A stretch of DNA of 64,000 bases. Origin: an archaeon. Its GTDB lineage: Archaea; Iainarchaeota; Iainarchaeia; Iainarchaeales; JAAZKV01. How positions within the stretch are numbered: the stretch's first letter is position 1; every line of letters starts with the position of its first letter. A program made the position numbers and the translations under genes. The notes beneath the pieces are model-generated. The model saw only the letters and a program-made list of their open reading frames with translations. It searched no databases and was not told where the DNA came from. The stretch is from contig JBAZFU010000001.1 of the NCBI GenBank assembly GCA_041653195.1, positions 415 through 64,414 of the forward strand, in the 5' to 3' direction. This document shows, in pieces, positions 35,603 through 45,030 of this stretch.

Positions 35603-36367
35603 TTACTTCGACTCTTCTTTTGTAAATTCGAAAGAAGCGCCAAGTTTCTTCGATTTTTTTTCCAATAAATCAACCGCTGTTGAAAGCCTTTTCTCAGCCT
35701 CTTTAAAAGTCGGAGCCGAGCATGAAAGAGAATACCTTCCGGCGCCCAAATAAACCGAATTGCATTTTTTCACTTCGCTTATTTCAGAAAAAATTTCCTT
35801 TATTTCAGTTAATCCTTTCGGCGAAAAGGAAGAAAGTTTAACAACACCTTTCAATTCCTTTTCAGAAACAATCACATTCTTCTCAACAAGTTCCTTAACA
35901 GACACAATCCATTCTTTCGGAAGCAGGGCATTAACATCTGCGCCGAGAGAAATTTTTTCAAAGCCTGAATAAACGCTGCCAAATTCATCAATAAGCGGAA
36001 CCGCGACCTGCTCCCACACTTCATCAAAATTTTTCTTATGCTGCTTCGCCAAACCCTCCAACAATTTTTCAACCCTCTTAAATTGCCTGTAATCATTTAT
36101 CTTTTGCCTTTCCTTTGACTGCGAAACCATTGCAAGCGACAAATCCACCTGCTCCCTCGAAACATCAACGTTAAGCACTTTTGCAACCCTGACCTGTCCG
36201 AGCTTAACAAAATTCCTTATATTTTTAACCCATGATGAAGCAACATTACTCACATGCACAAAACCGCGAAGATTTTTGTACTCCAGCAGTTCAACAAAAA
36301 CGCCGTAATTAAGCACCTTAGTTATTTTCACAACAACTAACTCTTCCCGCTCAGGATATTCAACCAT
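35603..36367 (-). CDS. eif2a: Translation initiation factor 2 subunit alpha (aIF2-alpha)
   Basis: N-terminal S1 domain YPEREELVVVKITKVLNYGVFVELLEYKNLRGFVHVSNV. GGTGA lies 4 nt upstream of ATG 36367. Confidence 0.9.
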   Translation of the reverse strand: MVEYPEREELVVVKITKVLNYGVFVELLEYKNLRGFVHVSNVASSWVKNIRNFVKLGQVRVAKVLNVDVSREQVDLSLAMVSQSKERQKINDYRQFKRVEKLLEGLAKQHKKNFDEVWEQVAVPLIDEFGSVYSGFEKISLGADVNALLPKEWIVSVKELVEKNVIVSEKELKGVVKLSSFSPKGLTEIKEIFSEISEVKKCNSVYLGAGRYSLSCSAPTFKEAEKRLSTAVDLLEKKSKKLGASFEFTKEESK

Positions 36368-36427
36368 CAAATCACCAAAAAAATAAAACAACTCAATACA
36401 ACACAATCACAAAAAAATTTTCAAAAA

Positions 36428-36964
36428 TTATTTCTCCTCCGCAAGCTTTCTAGAAAGAAAAAGCTGCGCAATTTTTTTAGGAATCTCTACAAATTCATCC
36501 TTTGAAAACGGACCATATTCCCGCATATCAGTGCCGATAAAAGTCGGCACATCTTTTAACATTTTCAAAGCAACTTTCTCAGAATCTTTTTCAATCACTT
36601 CACCGAAAAGTCCTGTACAGACCTTGTTATGTTCTTCAAGAACTTTCAAAAGTTTTTTGAACGCGTCCTTTTCCTGCGACGCCATTTTTTCCTCGGAAAA
36701 ATCCTCGGTACGCGAAACAATAAGCGCCTTGTTCAAAATTTTCTTTTCTCTCAGCAAAAAAATTTCCTCGACCACTTTTTTTAAATTCGCAAATTCGCGT
36801 GCGTCACTCGGAGAAAAATTTTTCAGCGAAGCGAGATATGATTTTTTCTGCCCTTCAACAAATTCCGAAACCGAATCAAAAAAATCTGCATCGACCTCGA
36901 CAAGACGAGAGGTGTTCTTTTCAAGCCTGTGAATTCTTCTCAACTCATCATAATTTATCTTCAT
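36428..36964 (-). CDS. GINS subunit (Gins51/Sld5-like)
   Basis: N-terminal YDELRRIHRLEKNTSRLVEVDADFFDSV and C-terminal VPTFIGTDMREYGPFSKDEFVEIPKKIAQLF match the archaeal GINS pattern. It lies directly downstream of priS. Confidence 0.7.
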   Translation of the reverse strand: MKINYDELRRIHRLEKNTSRLVEVDADFFDSVSEFVEGQKKSYLASLKNFSPSDAREFANLKKVVEEIFLLREKKILNKALIVSRTEDFSEEKMASQEKDAFKKLLKVLEEHNKVCTGLFGEVIEKDSEKVALKMLKDVPTFIGTDMREYGPFSKDEFVEIPKKIAQLFLSRKLAEEK

Positions 36965-36989
36965 TCGAAACAACCTTCAAAACAACTTT

Positions 36990-38216
36990 CTACTTCAAAA
37001 CAGCGCCTTTACCGATTAAATAAACCGCACAAAACAAAGGCACCTCCGCTTCCTCATTTTCAAAAGGACCAAAGGACTGCCCACACAAAGAAACCCTTGG
37101 TGCCTTACTAATAAAAACCTTTACTAGCGCTTTGCCAAAAAGATTTTCATCGCTAAAAACAACCGCATCGGAAAAAGGATTAAATTTTTTTAACCCTTCA
37201 AAAGGAATTTTTGTTGCAAGAAACCCTGTTTCGCCGTGAAGCGTTTCAGGAACGCGCAAAATTTTGTGCAAATCAATGCTCGTCTGCCTGTCAATAGGAA
37301 GCATCTCGCTTTGCGCAATAAATTCGAGAATTTTTTTCCAAAAATCCTTGCTCTTTTTACCGTCAAAAGGAAAAAGAACTCCGCGATTCATCGCAGAAAG
37401 CACCTCTTCCTTTGAATCAAAAAACTTTTTTATTTTTCTAACTGAAAAACCAGTAAATACAGCAATCCTTTCAGGACTCTTCTCAAACAATTCCCTTAAC
37501 CCTGAATTTATTCTTTTTCGCCATGCCCCGTTATTATTCGGGCACGTCATCGGCGTGGAAGAAAACCCATAACCAATTTTTTCGAAAAAAATGCCTGATG
37601 CAGTTAAATAATCAACAAGCTCGATTCTTGCATTTCTTCCCAAATTCCTTATTTCATCATTCTGCAGGCGAATATGATAGCCCGCTTTTCCCGAAAAATT
37701 TATTTCAATCCCTTTTGTGAAACCGAAATCCTTCTCCAAAATATTCAGAAGACGAAAAACCTGATTCTTCGCTTCTCCGAGGCACTCCTCGCAAAACCAC
37801 TGCGAAACGCTCGCGCGCTCACCACACTCCGGGCAGTTTTCGAGGCTACCGTTGCCCGAATGGCCGTTTTGGCACTTCCACGAATCGTGCTTTTCTTTGC
37901 ACGCAGTATCAATATCGTCGGCATCAAATTCGTAAATAATGTCCGAACCAAGAATTTCTTTCGCGCCCATTGGCTTCCTGTCAGGATATTTGTAATAAGC
38001 TGCGGAATAGGAAAAAAAAAGCGGAGATTGCTGGCGCAAAAAATTATTCATTTCGCGAGAGGAAGAAAACGCCATGTTTCTGTCGGCAATTTTTCTTCCA
38101 AAAACGCCGTATCCGAATTCGCGCCTTTCCACCTCACGCACGGAATCAACAAAATTATTTTCATAATATTTTTTGAAATTATTTTTCAAAAAAACTTCTT
38201 CATTTTGAGAATTCAT
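36990..38216 (-). CDS. priS: DNA primase catalytic (small) subunit PriS
   Basis: Catalytic YEFDADDID, a Zn-knuckle (C..C...CPEC...CEEC) and SGKAGYHIRL. Confidence 0.85.
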   Translation of the reverse strand: MNSQNEEVFLKNNFKKYYENNFVDSVREVERREFGYGVFGRKIADRNMAFSSSREMNNFLRQQSPLFFSYSAAYYKYPDRKPMGAKEILGSDIIYEFDADDIDTACKEKHDSWKCQNGHSGNGSLENCPECGERASVSQWFCEECLGEAKNQVFRLLNILEKDFGFTKGIEINFSGKAGYHIRLQNDEIRNLGRNARIELVDYLTASGIFFEKIGYGFSSTPMTCPNNNGAWRKRINSGLRELFEKSPERIAVFTGFSVRKIKKFFDSKEEVLSAMNRGVLFPFDGKKSKDFWKKILEFIAQSEMLPIDRQTSIDLHKILRVPETLHGETGFLATKIPFEGLKKFNPFSDAVVFSDENLFGKALVKVFISKAPRVSLCGQSFGPFENEEAEVPLFCAVYLIGKGAVLK

Positions 38217-39271
38217 TCCGCACCACTTCCGCCAATACTTGCTTTTTCGCGTTCAGGTTTTTCCGAAACGATTTGCTTCTTTGACTGCCTAACTTTCGAA
38301 AGATAATATCTGAGAGGATGCTTGTAATTGCATTCCTGTTCGCACTCCTTTATTTTCAGCCCGTATTCTTTTATTTTTTTGCACCCTGGCGCTGAAAGTT
38401 TCTTGTCAAAAATTCTCGCAATGTGATAACGCGCAATGTGAGGCTTGTAATCCGGACTCTTTGAAAAAAGAACCAACAACTCCTCCTGAGAAAATCCGAC
38501 CTGATAAAGAAACGAAGCTATAGTTATGCGCGCAGTATAGGAAAGCCTCTTGCCCGCAAGAAGATCGACATAGAGTGCCTTCATGCACGGCGGAAAGAAA
38601 TTCGGATTTGCTTTGCCTGAAACCTTAAGATCGAAATCCTTTCTTTCAATCGAACCTATCTGGTTTTCTATGGCACGAGCAAATTGCTTAAATTCTCCAG
38701 GAATATCATCCGCACTTATCGGAAGCGAATCAAAAACTTTTTTGTAAGCAACTTCGGAAAGAAACCGCGCAAAATCGTTTGTTGCCAAAAAAATGTTTCC
38801 GCCAGAAACCGCAAGATTAACAAGCTTCAATTCTTCATCATTAAAATTTATTTGTAAAAATTCTGTCAATGGAAGTTGGACAAAAAATTCGCCTTCAAGC
38901 AAAGAAAAATTTATTCCGAGTTCGAGAGCAAGGTCAACTGAAAGTTCCTTTTGTTTTTTTGCAGTGGTAAGATAAGAAAAAGTTTTTTTTTCAATCATCA
39001 TCGAAAATTTTTCAATTATCCGCGGATGCTTCATAACAGAAACAAGCATTTTTGCAATCGGAAAAGCCATTAACTCATTCATCAAGTCCTCTTCCGAAGG
39101 ATTGCTGAGTTCAAACATTTTTTGCTTTCCTGCGGCAGAAAACAAAACAAGCTCTCTTGCAATTTCAAAAGCCTGCTTTGGCGCACTATCCAAAGAGACG
39201 CCTGATTTTTTCAAAACATTTCTAGCTTTCTCAGTAAAAGGAAACTCCTGGGAAAAAGAAATATCATCCAT
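38213..39271 (-). CDS. priL: DNA primase large subunit PriL
   Basis: FPPCMKAL and a C-terminal Cys cluster (CKK...CEQEC) for the Fe-S domain. An ATGA overlap joins it to priS. Confidence 0.85.
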   Translation of the reverse strand: MDDISFSQEFPFTEKARNVLKKSGVSLDSAPKQAFEIARELVLFSAAGKQKMFELSNPSEEDLMNELMAFPIAKMLVSVMKHPRIIEKFSMMIEKKTFSYLTTAKKQKELSVDLALELGINFSLLEGEFFVQLPLTEFLQINFNDEELKLVNLAVSGGNIFLATNDFARFLSEVAYKKVFDSLPISADDIPGEFKQFARAIENQIGSIERKDFDLKVSGKANPNFFPPCMKALYVDLLAGKRLSYTARITIASFLYQVGFSQEELLVLFSKSPDYKPHIARYHIARIFDKKLSAPGCKKIKEYGLKIKECEQECNYKHPLRYYLSKVRQSKKQIVSEKPEREKASIGGSGAE

Positions 39272-39356
39272 TATTAGAAATTAATAGGAAACCATTAAAT
39301 AGCTTTTTTGGCAACGATTTCCCTCGCAGGATTTTTTTATAAAAAATTGCCAAAAG

Positions 39357-39433
39357 CCTTTTCGCCGGCCAAGTGCCCTGCAGGGTACGGACAGAGTAAA
39401 ACCAGGTTTTACTCGGCCTTTTTAAAAAGGCCG
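39357..39433. repeat. Hairpin-family copy interrupted by a 48-nt two-hairpin insert
   Basis: ccttttcgccggcc | 48 nt (39371-39418) | tttttaaaaaggccg. cggcc flanks both ends of the insert. A perfect 20-nt palindrome lies at 39414-39433. Confidence 0.55.
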
Positions 39434-39435
39434 AT

Positions 39436-40155
39436 TTATAGAATCATGCTGGCAAGGTAAAAAACAATTCTGCTTTCCCCAATTGAAAAAGAAACCCTCA
39501 TCGGCGCGTCATTTTTCAATTCTATAACAACCGGCTTTTCATTATCAGCCTCTTTCACAATATTCTGGAAAAAATTTAGAGAAAATTTTACAGTCACGCT
39601 TTCCTTGGAAGTAACCTTTATCGCTTTTCCAATAGCTTCGGATTCCATTGCGCCCTGAGGGCTTCTTGCTTCCACCACAAATTTTCCATTCGAAACTTTC
39701 AACACAACCGCACTGCCAAAAAGACTCGCATCCTTTAACAATTCCTTCAAATTAAAACCCGAAATTTCAACCTTCGCATCATACTTTATGTCAGGAACCT
39801 TGACATCATCCTCGGAAACATCTACAAGTGGAAGCTTAAAGCTCCTCTTCAAATCGGATTCAAGACGGATTTTAAGTTCCGAATCAGAAATACCGAGAAC
39901 CATTTTATCCCTTGAGGTCGCGCGCTGCATTATTCTGTTAAACGCAACCAAATCAATCCCAATAAAATTCGGCTCAATCGAATATTCATCAAAAAACTTT
40001 TTGTCCACAAAGTAGTCGACAAGAATTATCTGGCTAGGATCGGTGGCTTTAAAAAAAATTCCTTTTTCCGAAAATCTGAAATTCCCCTGCGGGACAAAAA
40101 AAGAAACAGCTTCTACAGCCCTCTTCCAAAAATCCACTTTTCTAAGCTCAATCAA
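39436..40155 (-). CDS. pcn: PCNA sliding-clamp paralog B (divergent)
   Basis: KATDPSQIILVDYFV, FKLPLVDV and SRIVFYLASMI align with the PCNA pattern. The likely start is TTG 40155, 6 nt after GAGGTG; the track ORF extends to 40215. Confidence 0.75.
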   Translation of the reverse strand: MIELRKVDFWKRAVEAVSFFVPQGNFRFSEKGIFFKATDPSQIILVDYFVDKKFFDEYSIEPNFIGIDLVAFNRIMQRATSRDKMVLGISDSELKIRLESDLKRSFKLPLVDVSEDDVKVPDIKYDAKVEISGFNLKELLKDASLFGSAVVLKVSNGKFVVEARSPQGAMESEAIGKAIKVTSKESVTVKFSLNFFQNIVKEADNEKPVVIELKNDAPMRVSFSIGESRIVFYLASMIL

Positions 40156-40331
40156 CTCAAACACCTCTAAAAAAAAATCAAAATCAAAAACTTGTGAAAA
40201 CCAAAAAAACCTCAAAACAGCACTAAAAGAAAAAGACGAAGGTTATTTAAATTATTTTTTAAAGAGAAAAAAATCTTTGAACCCGTGCGACTAAAAAAAC
40301 AGCCCTTTCATTTTAAAAAAATACCAAAAAA

Positions 40332-41075
40332 TCACTGGCTTTCTATGCGCGGAGCAAGAAAATAAGTTATCGCTGCAGCACCTATGGAGTAGGAAACCCT
40401 GATCGGCGCATTGGTTTTGAGGCAAATATCCACAATAGTCGAAGCATCAGCCGCTTTTAACATATCCTGCAGGTAATCCAGCGGAAACATGCTTTTACAT
40501 TCGCGCTTAACTTTCATTTCCGGAAGAGTTTCCTTGTTTTGGGGCGTTTCTTCATTCAAGTTACCCTTGGACGACACCGCTTTCACAAAAAATTTTTTAT
40601 CACTAGCGCCCAAAGTAACGTGCGTGCTTATCAAAGCCGCATCTTTAAAAGAATTCTGAAGAAGCGAAGCGGAAGCCCTTATCTCCGCATCAAACTCAAT
40701 CTTCGGATTTGGAACTTCGGAAGCGGAAATATCAATAAGAGGAACCTGAAACGATTTGTCCCCGGTGCCCTTAAAAGAAACCATCAAATGAGCCTTTTTC
40801 TCATCCAATTCAAGCTCAAGAGTCTCCCCTGACTGAACACGCGAAAGAATCCTGTTAAAATAATCCAAATCAAGACCAAGCCGCAACTCCTCGGAATCAA
40901 ATTTTTGAAAAGCTTCCTTGGGAAGAGAAAAATCAACCATTGAAATCTGACTAGGATCAGTAGCTCTTAGTTCCAACCCGTTTTTTCCCACAACCAGTTC
41001 GGCCTCATCAATCAAAACAGAAACAGCTTCAATGCACTTTTTGAAAACTGCCCCATCCTTCAAAACCAGTTTCAT
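40332..41075 (-). CDS. pcn: PCNA sliding-clamp paralog A
   Basis: MKLVLKDGAVFKKCIEAVSVLIDEAELVV...LRATDPSQISMVDFSL...ITYFLAPRIE is a canonical archaeal PCNA layout of 247 aa. Confidence 0.85.
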   Translation of the reverse strand: MKLVLKDGAVFKKCIEAVSVLIDEAELVVGKNGLELRATDPSQISMVDFSLPKEAFQKFDSEELRLGLDLDYFNRILSRVQSGETLELELDEKKAHLMVSFKGTGDKSFQVPLIDISASEVPNPKIEFDAEIRASASLLQNSFKDAALISTHVTLGASDKKFFVKAVSSKGNLNEETPQNKETLPEMKVKRECKSMFPLDYLQDMLKAADASTIVDICLKTNAPIRVSYSIGAAAITYFLAPRIESQ

Positions 41076-41194
41076 AACAAACCACTTAACAACAACTAAA
41101 GGCTCCGCTACTTTTTAAAACCAAACTGAAACAACTTCAAAATCATTCACGACGAACACTGCCGTCACGCCACTAATGTCTGCGCCCCAAGAAC

Positions 41195-41632
41195 TCACTT
41201 TTCTTTTTTATAATCAATTATTTTTCCAGAACCGTCAAGAATGATTGAAAGCTTCACTCCTGAAATTTCAACCCTTGCAATGAAATTTTTTGAATTATCC
41301 ACCGCTTTCAAATCAATAACATTCACTTTCGATCCAATTTGCGATTCAAGCTTTGGTTTGAACTTTTTCACAAGCATTTCCTTAATTGAAACATCCGAGT
41401 TTGACAATCCGCTTGATGCTTTCTCATTTTTTTCAAAAATTTTTCCAGATTTCATCATCGCCACTTTGTCAAGCACAGTCTCAATATGCTTTTCCTCGTC
41501 ACTCTTCCTGTTTTTGAACAAATAAATAATTATTGCAACAGCTATGATAACAAAAGAGAATGCAATCACTAAAATAGAAAAATTTATTATGGAACCGCGC
41601 GGAACGGAAACAAACATCTCAACTAAATCCAT
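41195..41632 (-). CDS. Membrane-anchored protein, function unknown
   Basis: One TM helix. The C-terminal FIARVEISGVKLSIILDGSGKIIDY looks PepSY-like. Weak. Confidence 0.45.
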   Translation of the reverse strand: MDLVEMFVSVPRGSIINFSILVIAFSFVIIAVAIIIYLFKNRKSDEEKHIETVLDKVAMMKSGKIFEKNEKASSGLSNSDVSIKEMLVKKFKPKLESQIGSKVNVIDLKAVDNSKNFIARVEISGVKLSIILDGSGKIIDYKKEK

Positions 41633-41725
41633 ACTGAACTAACCGCCTTCAAAAATAAAAACTCTTCCATTGTGCCGCAATCCCTTCGCCCCAATAAAAA
41701 AGGCGATTTCAAATTCTTGATCAAA

Positions 41726-42493
41726 TCAGCAATAACCCCTGAAATCGGACGGAAACTTCCCGGTTGTAAGCAGCGACAAAGGATTATCAATAACCCACAA
41801 TTTAACGCAGCCTAATTTGGGAATATTAAAAAAATCAATTCCCTGTAAATTTTTGACATCCACTGCGTAAAAAGTTATACAAGGTTTCTCGGACCTGTTC
41901 AAAACTATTTTTCCGCAATCCTGGTCAATGGTCGGATTCGTAGAATCGTTGTCCCCCTTTGTCAAAATAAAAACGCCGTCGCCCGCATTAATCTTTACAA
42001 CCGCGCGATGAATAATCGGAATGTTAATCGGATAGGCATTGTAAACAACTATCGAACCGCTTTTGTTAGGAAAAATCTTTTGTCCGTCAAAAAACTCTAT
42101 ATAATCAATTACCTTTCTTTCCAAATCATAATGAACCGAAGCATATTCTGAAACCGGTACGCCTGAAATATTTTTGTTTAACGAAATTTCCTGCGCAAAA
42201 ACAGATTTTGAATTCGCGTTGCCAAGCATGACAATATCGCCTCTGAACAAAGTATTCTCCATACTGCCCGAATAAACAATCATGAGGGGCGAGGATGTTC
42301 CAAAAGCAATGCCCAAAATGACATAAAGCGCCACTGCAAAAAAAGCTGCAAAAAAAATATTCACTAAATCTTCAACTAATTTATTTCGAGTAATTTTTTT
42401 TACGCGCGGCATAACAAACAAATCAACATATGTAAAAGGATCAACCCATTTGAGAAAACTGAGTTTCTCCCTAATTTTTTTCAATACGCCCAT
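41726..42493 (-). CDS. Signal peptidase I (archaeal/Sec11 type, S26B)
   Basis: Catalytic Ser box YSGSMENTLFRGDIVML, His box IIHRAV and TKGDNDSTNP. Confidence 0.8.
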   Translation of the reverse strand: MGVLKKIREKLSFLKWVDPFTYVDLFVMPRVKKITRNKLVEDLVNIFFAAFFAVALYVILGIAFGTSSPLMIVYSGSMENTLFRGDIVMLGNANSKSVFAQEISLNKNISGVPVSEYASVHYDLERKVIDYIEFFDGQKIFPNKSGSIVVYNAYPINIPIIHRAVVKINAGDGVFILTKGDNDSTNPTIDQDCGKIVLNRSEKPCITFYAVDVKNLQGIDFFNIPKLGCVKLWVIDNPLSLLTTGKFPSDFRGYC

Positions 42494-42584
42494 AAGTTAC
42501 ACCACAATAATACCAAAATTGGTTCTTAAAAAATTAGCTCCTAAAAACAAATTCGCCGAAAAAAACGCACCTGAAAAAAAGCCC

Positions 42585-43604
42585 CTAATCAGTGTCGCAA
42601 ACATCCGAAGAACCCTTTCGACCATAAACCACCACTATAACAATTAACGCCAGCAGATAAACGAAACCCATTCCATAATAGAGAAGCGGACTGCTCCCGG
42701 TCATTATTGAAGCTTCCATTATTGCCCCGTAAAAAATCGAGAAAAATGCGAGCCCTGCCAAAAACACAAAGTCTTTGAAAATCACTCCGAACTCGTGCGT
42801 CAAAATTTTTCCTTTCGCAACCATTGCGGAAAGTATTGCACCTGCGAGCGCGCCGGCAACATAACCGAGCAACTCCGGAGGACCATGCCCAATCAGCATG
42901 CTTTCAAGCATTCCAAATCCCTGAAAAATTTGTCCGGAAGCAATCATTTCGCCGAAAAAAATTCCGAGAACCGAGGCGTTCCACGCAATTAAAAAAATCG
43001 CGCCTGCACCGTAAAAAAGAGAAAGAACAAGCGTGAAAACCAATACGCCGGCATTATTCTCAAAAATAAAACCTGCACAACCAAAAAGATTGCTGGTTTC
43101 TGGATTCTTACACTCGTCCATTGCAAAAGCAGTTGCCTTTCCCGTTACTCCTCCAATGCTCCCCTGTTGGTCCGCGATTTTTCCAACAATCGAAAATGGA
43201 GTGGTTCCTTCACATTTTCCTGAAATAACACAAAATGTTTTTGTTTGCTCCGAAAACATTGTCTGACTAAGCTCCGGCGGCAACACCAAATAAACCGCCG
43301 CAAAAACAAAAATCACTCCGATGAAAAGCCAAACATAAATCATTATTATGTTAAAATGGCGCGCGAAAAAAGTTGCACAACTCTTTTTTTCGGTAACTTC
43401 CTCCGCCTCCTCATGAATCAAAATCCTGTGAATGAGCGGCGCAAACCCTATCGTAATAAAAGCTATTGAAAGAACACTCGCATAGTCAGGAAAAAAGGCG
43501 TTTGCACAAATCATTGCGCCGATGGAAATCGCTACGGCCATCAAAAAAATAAAAAGAGGGTGTTTCCGCACAATTCGCTCTCCGAGAATTGACTCCAAAA
43601 CCAT
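42585..43604 (-). CDS. SpoIIM/DUF95-like polytopic membrane protein
   Basis: IGHGPPELLGYVAGALAGAILS resembles the family HGxxELxA motif. It also has a large Cys-containing loop. Confidence 0.55.
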   Translation of the reverse strand: MVLESILGERIVRKHPLFIFLMAVAISIGAMICANAFFPDYASVLSIAFITIGFAPLIHRILIHEEAEEVTEKKSCATFFARHFNIIMIYVWLFIGVIFVFAAVYLVLPPELSQTMFSEQTKTFCVISGKCEGTTPFSIVGKIADQQGSIGGVTGKATAFAMDECKNPETSNLFGCAGFIFENNAGVLVFTLVLSLFYGAGAIFLIAWNASVLGIFFGEMIASGQIFQGFGMLESMLIGHGPPELLGYVAGALAGAILSAMVAKGKILTHEFGVIFKDFVFLAGLAFFSIFYGAIMEASIMTGSSPLLYYGMGFVYLLALIVIVVVYGRKGSSDVCDTD

Positions 43605-43734
43605 TGCAACACCAACACAGGAGGCTTAATCAATCTGATTTATATACCTTATCATAAAGATAGTTTCTAGGTATAAATAACTTTGCTAAAAAGAAAAAAA
43701 CCACCAAATTCTAATTTTTTAGGAGTGGATTTGA

Positions 43735-44706
43735 ATGAATAAAGAAAATGAACTTGTTTTTCCGGGAGAGGAAATAACAACTGAAGAAGAATTTGCGCCA
43801 GGAAAGAACACTTTCGCGGAAAAAGGCGCGGTAAGAGCTAGCATAGTCGGAAAAAAAGAATTCGACGATGCGACAAAAGAAGCAAGAATAAAAGGAACCG
43901 CAGTAACAAAACTTCGGAGCGGAGACATAGTTACTGCAAAAGTCAGATCTGTAAGCGATTCAAAAGTTTTGACAAGCATAATAAGCGTGGAAAACGAAGA
44001 AGGCGGAAAAAAAGTGATAGGTATTAAAGACGCCGCACTTCCCGTAAGAAATGTTTCAAATGCATATGTTACAAACCTCAAAACTCTTTTCAAAATCGGG
44101 GACATAGTGCGAGCGAGAGTGTCAATGGCAAACAGACTCGCGGTCGACCTCGAAACAAACTCGAAAGGATTCGGAGTAATAAAAGCATATTGCCACCAAT
44201 GCAGACAAGAACTGAATTACAGCAACGGAAAACTGATGTGCTTAAACTGCGGAAACGTAGAAGAAAGAAAATGGTTCGAAGCAGAAGATGAACGAAGCGA
44301 AAGAAGAGGCGGCTTCGAGGGCGGAGACCGCGGGAGAGGCGGTTTTGGCGATAGACGTGGGGGCGGAAGAAGCTTTGGAGGAAGAGGATTCGGCGAAAGA
44401 GGCGGAGAAAGAAGAAGCTTTAGCGGACCAAGAAGAAGCTTTGGCAGACCCGAAGGAAGAAGCTTTGAAAGAGGCGGGTTCCGAGGAAGAAACGGCGGAA
44501 GAAGCTTCGGAGGACAAGGCGAAAGAAGTTCCGAAGGCGGCAGTTTCGGAAACAATCCCCAAGGAGACGGGCAAAGCTTTGGAAACAGAAGCGGAGAACG
44601 AACGAGTTTCCGAGGCAGAGATGATAGACGGACCTTTGGAAACGGAGAAAGACATTTTGAAAAAGGTTTTAAAAACGAGAGGCGCCACTTTAGTGATAGG
44701 CGTTGA
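43735..44706 (+). CDS. csl4: Exosome RNA-binding subunit Csl4 with a ~140-aa RGG-rich C-terminal tail
   Basis: N-terminal VFPGEEI, a central S1-like region, a zinc ribbon CHQC...CLNC, then the RGG/RSF tail. Confidence 0.8.
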   Translation: MNKENELVFPGEEITTEEEFAPGKNTFAEKGAVRASIVGKKEFDDATKEARIKGTAVTKLRSGDIVTAKVRSVSDSKVLTSIISVENEEGGKKVIGIKDAALPVRNVSNAYVTNLKTLFKIGDIVRARVSMANRLAVDLETNSKGFGVIKAYCHQCRQELNYSNGKLMCLNCGNVEERKWFEAEDERSERRGGFEGGDRGRGGFGDRRGGGRSFGGRGFGERGGERRSFSGPRRSFGRPEGRSFERGGFRGRNGGRSFGGQGERSSEGGSFGNNPQGDGQSFGNRSGERTSFRGRDDRRTFGNGERHFEKGFKNERRHFSDRR

Positions 44707-44730
44707 ATTAAGAAACTGAGAGGGTGATGA

Positions 44731-45000
44731 ATGATGAAAATAGAAGTAATAAAGAATGAGAAAAACTTGTTAGAATTTTTTATAGTTGGAGAGCGACACA
44801 CGCTCTCAAACCTTTTAAGAGAAAGATTATCTCAAAACAACGCCGTGGAATTTTGCAGCTACAGACTGGACCATCCGCTGGACAAAAAAGCGAGATTCGT
44901 TGTCAGAGCACAAAACCCGAAAAAAATAATTGAAGACACGATAAAAGAAATAACCGACGAAGTTTCGGAATTCAAAAAAGCTTTCGAAAAAACGAAATAA
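44731..45000 (+). CDS. rpoL: DNA-directed RNA polymerase subunit L (Rpo11)
   Basis: LEFFIVGERHTLSNLLRERL...SYRLDHPL is the RpoL pattern. It follows csl4, as in many archaea. Confidence 0.8.
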   Translation: MMKIEVIKNEKNLLEFFIVGERHTLSNLLRERLSQNNAVEFCSYRLDHPLDKKARFVVRAQNPKKIIEDTIKEITDEVSEFKKAFEKTK

Positions 45001-45030
45001 ATAATAAACATTTCGGGGGAAAAAACAAAA

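Noticed and set aside
44712-44742. ctga...gtgatga...atgatga resembling C/D-box sRNA motifs
   Set aside because: The sequence is the SD region (GGGTGA) and the tandem ATG start of rpoL, directly after the csl4 stop. There is no second box pair or guide region.
44217-44801. E/A-rich (+2 frame, 44288..44719) and P/L/S-rich (minus strand) ORFs overlapping the Csl4 tail
   Set aside because: They are by-products of the repetitive GAAGA/GGCGG DNA that encodes the RGG tail. The Csl4 frame is continuous with the zinc-ribbon domain upstream.
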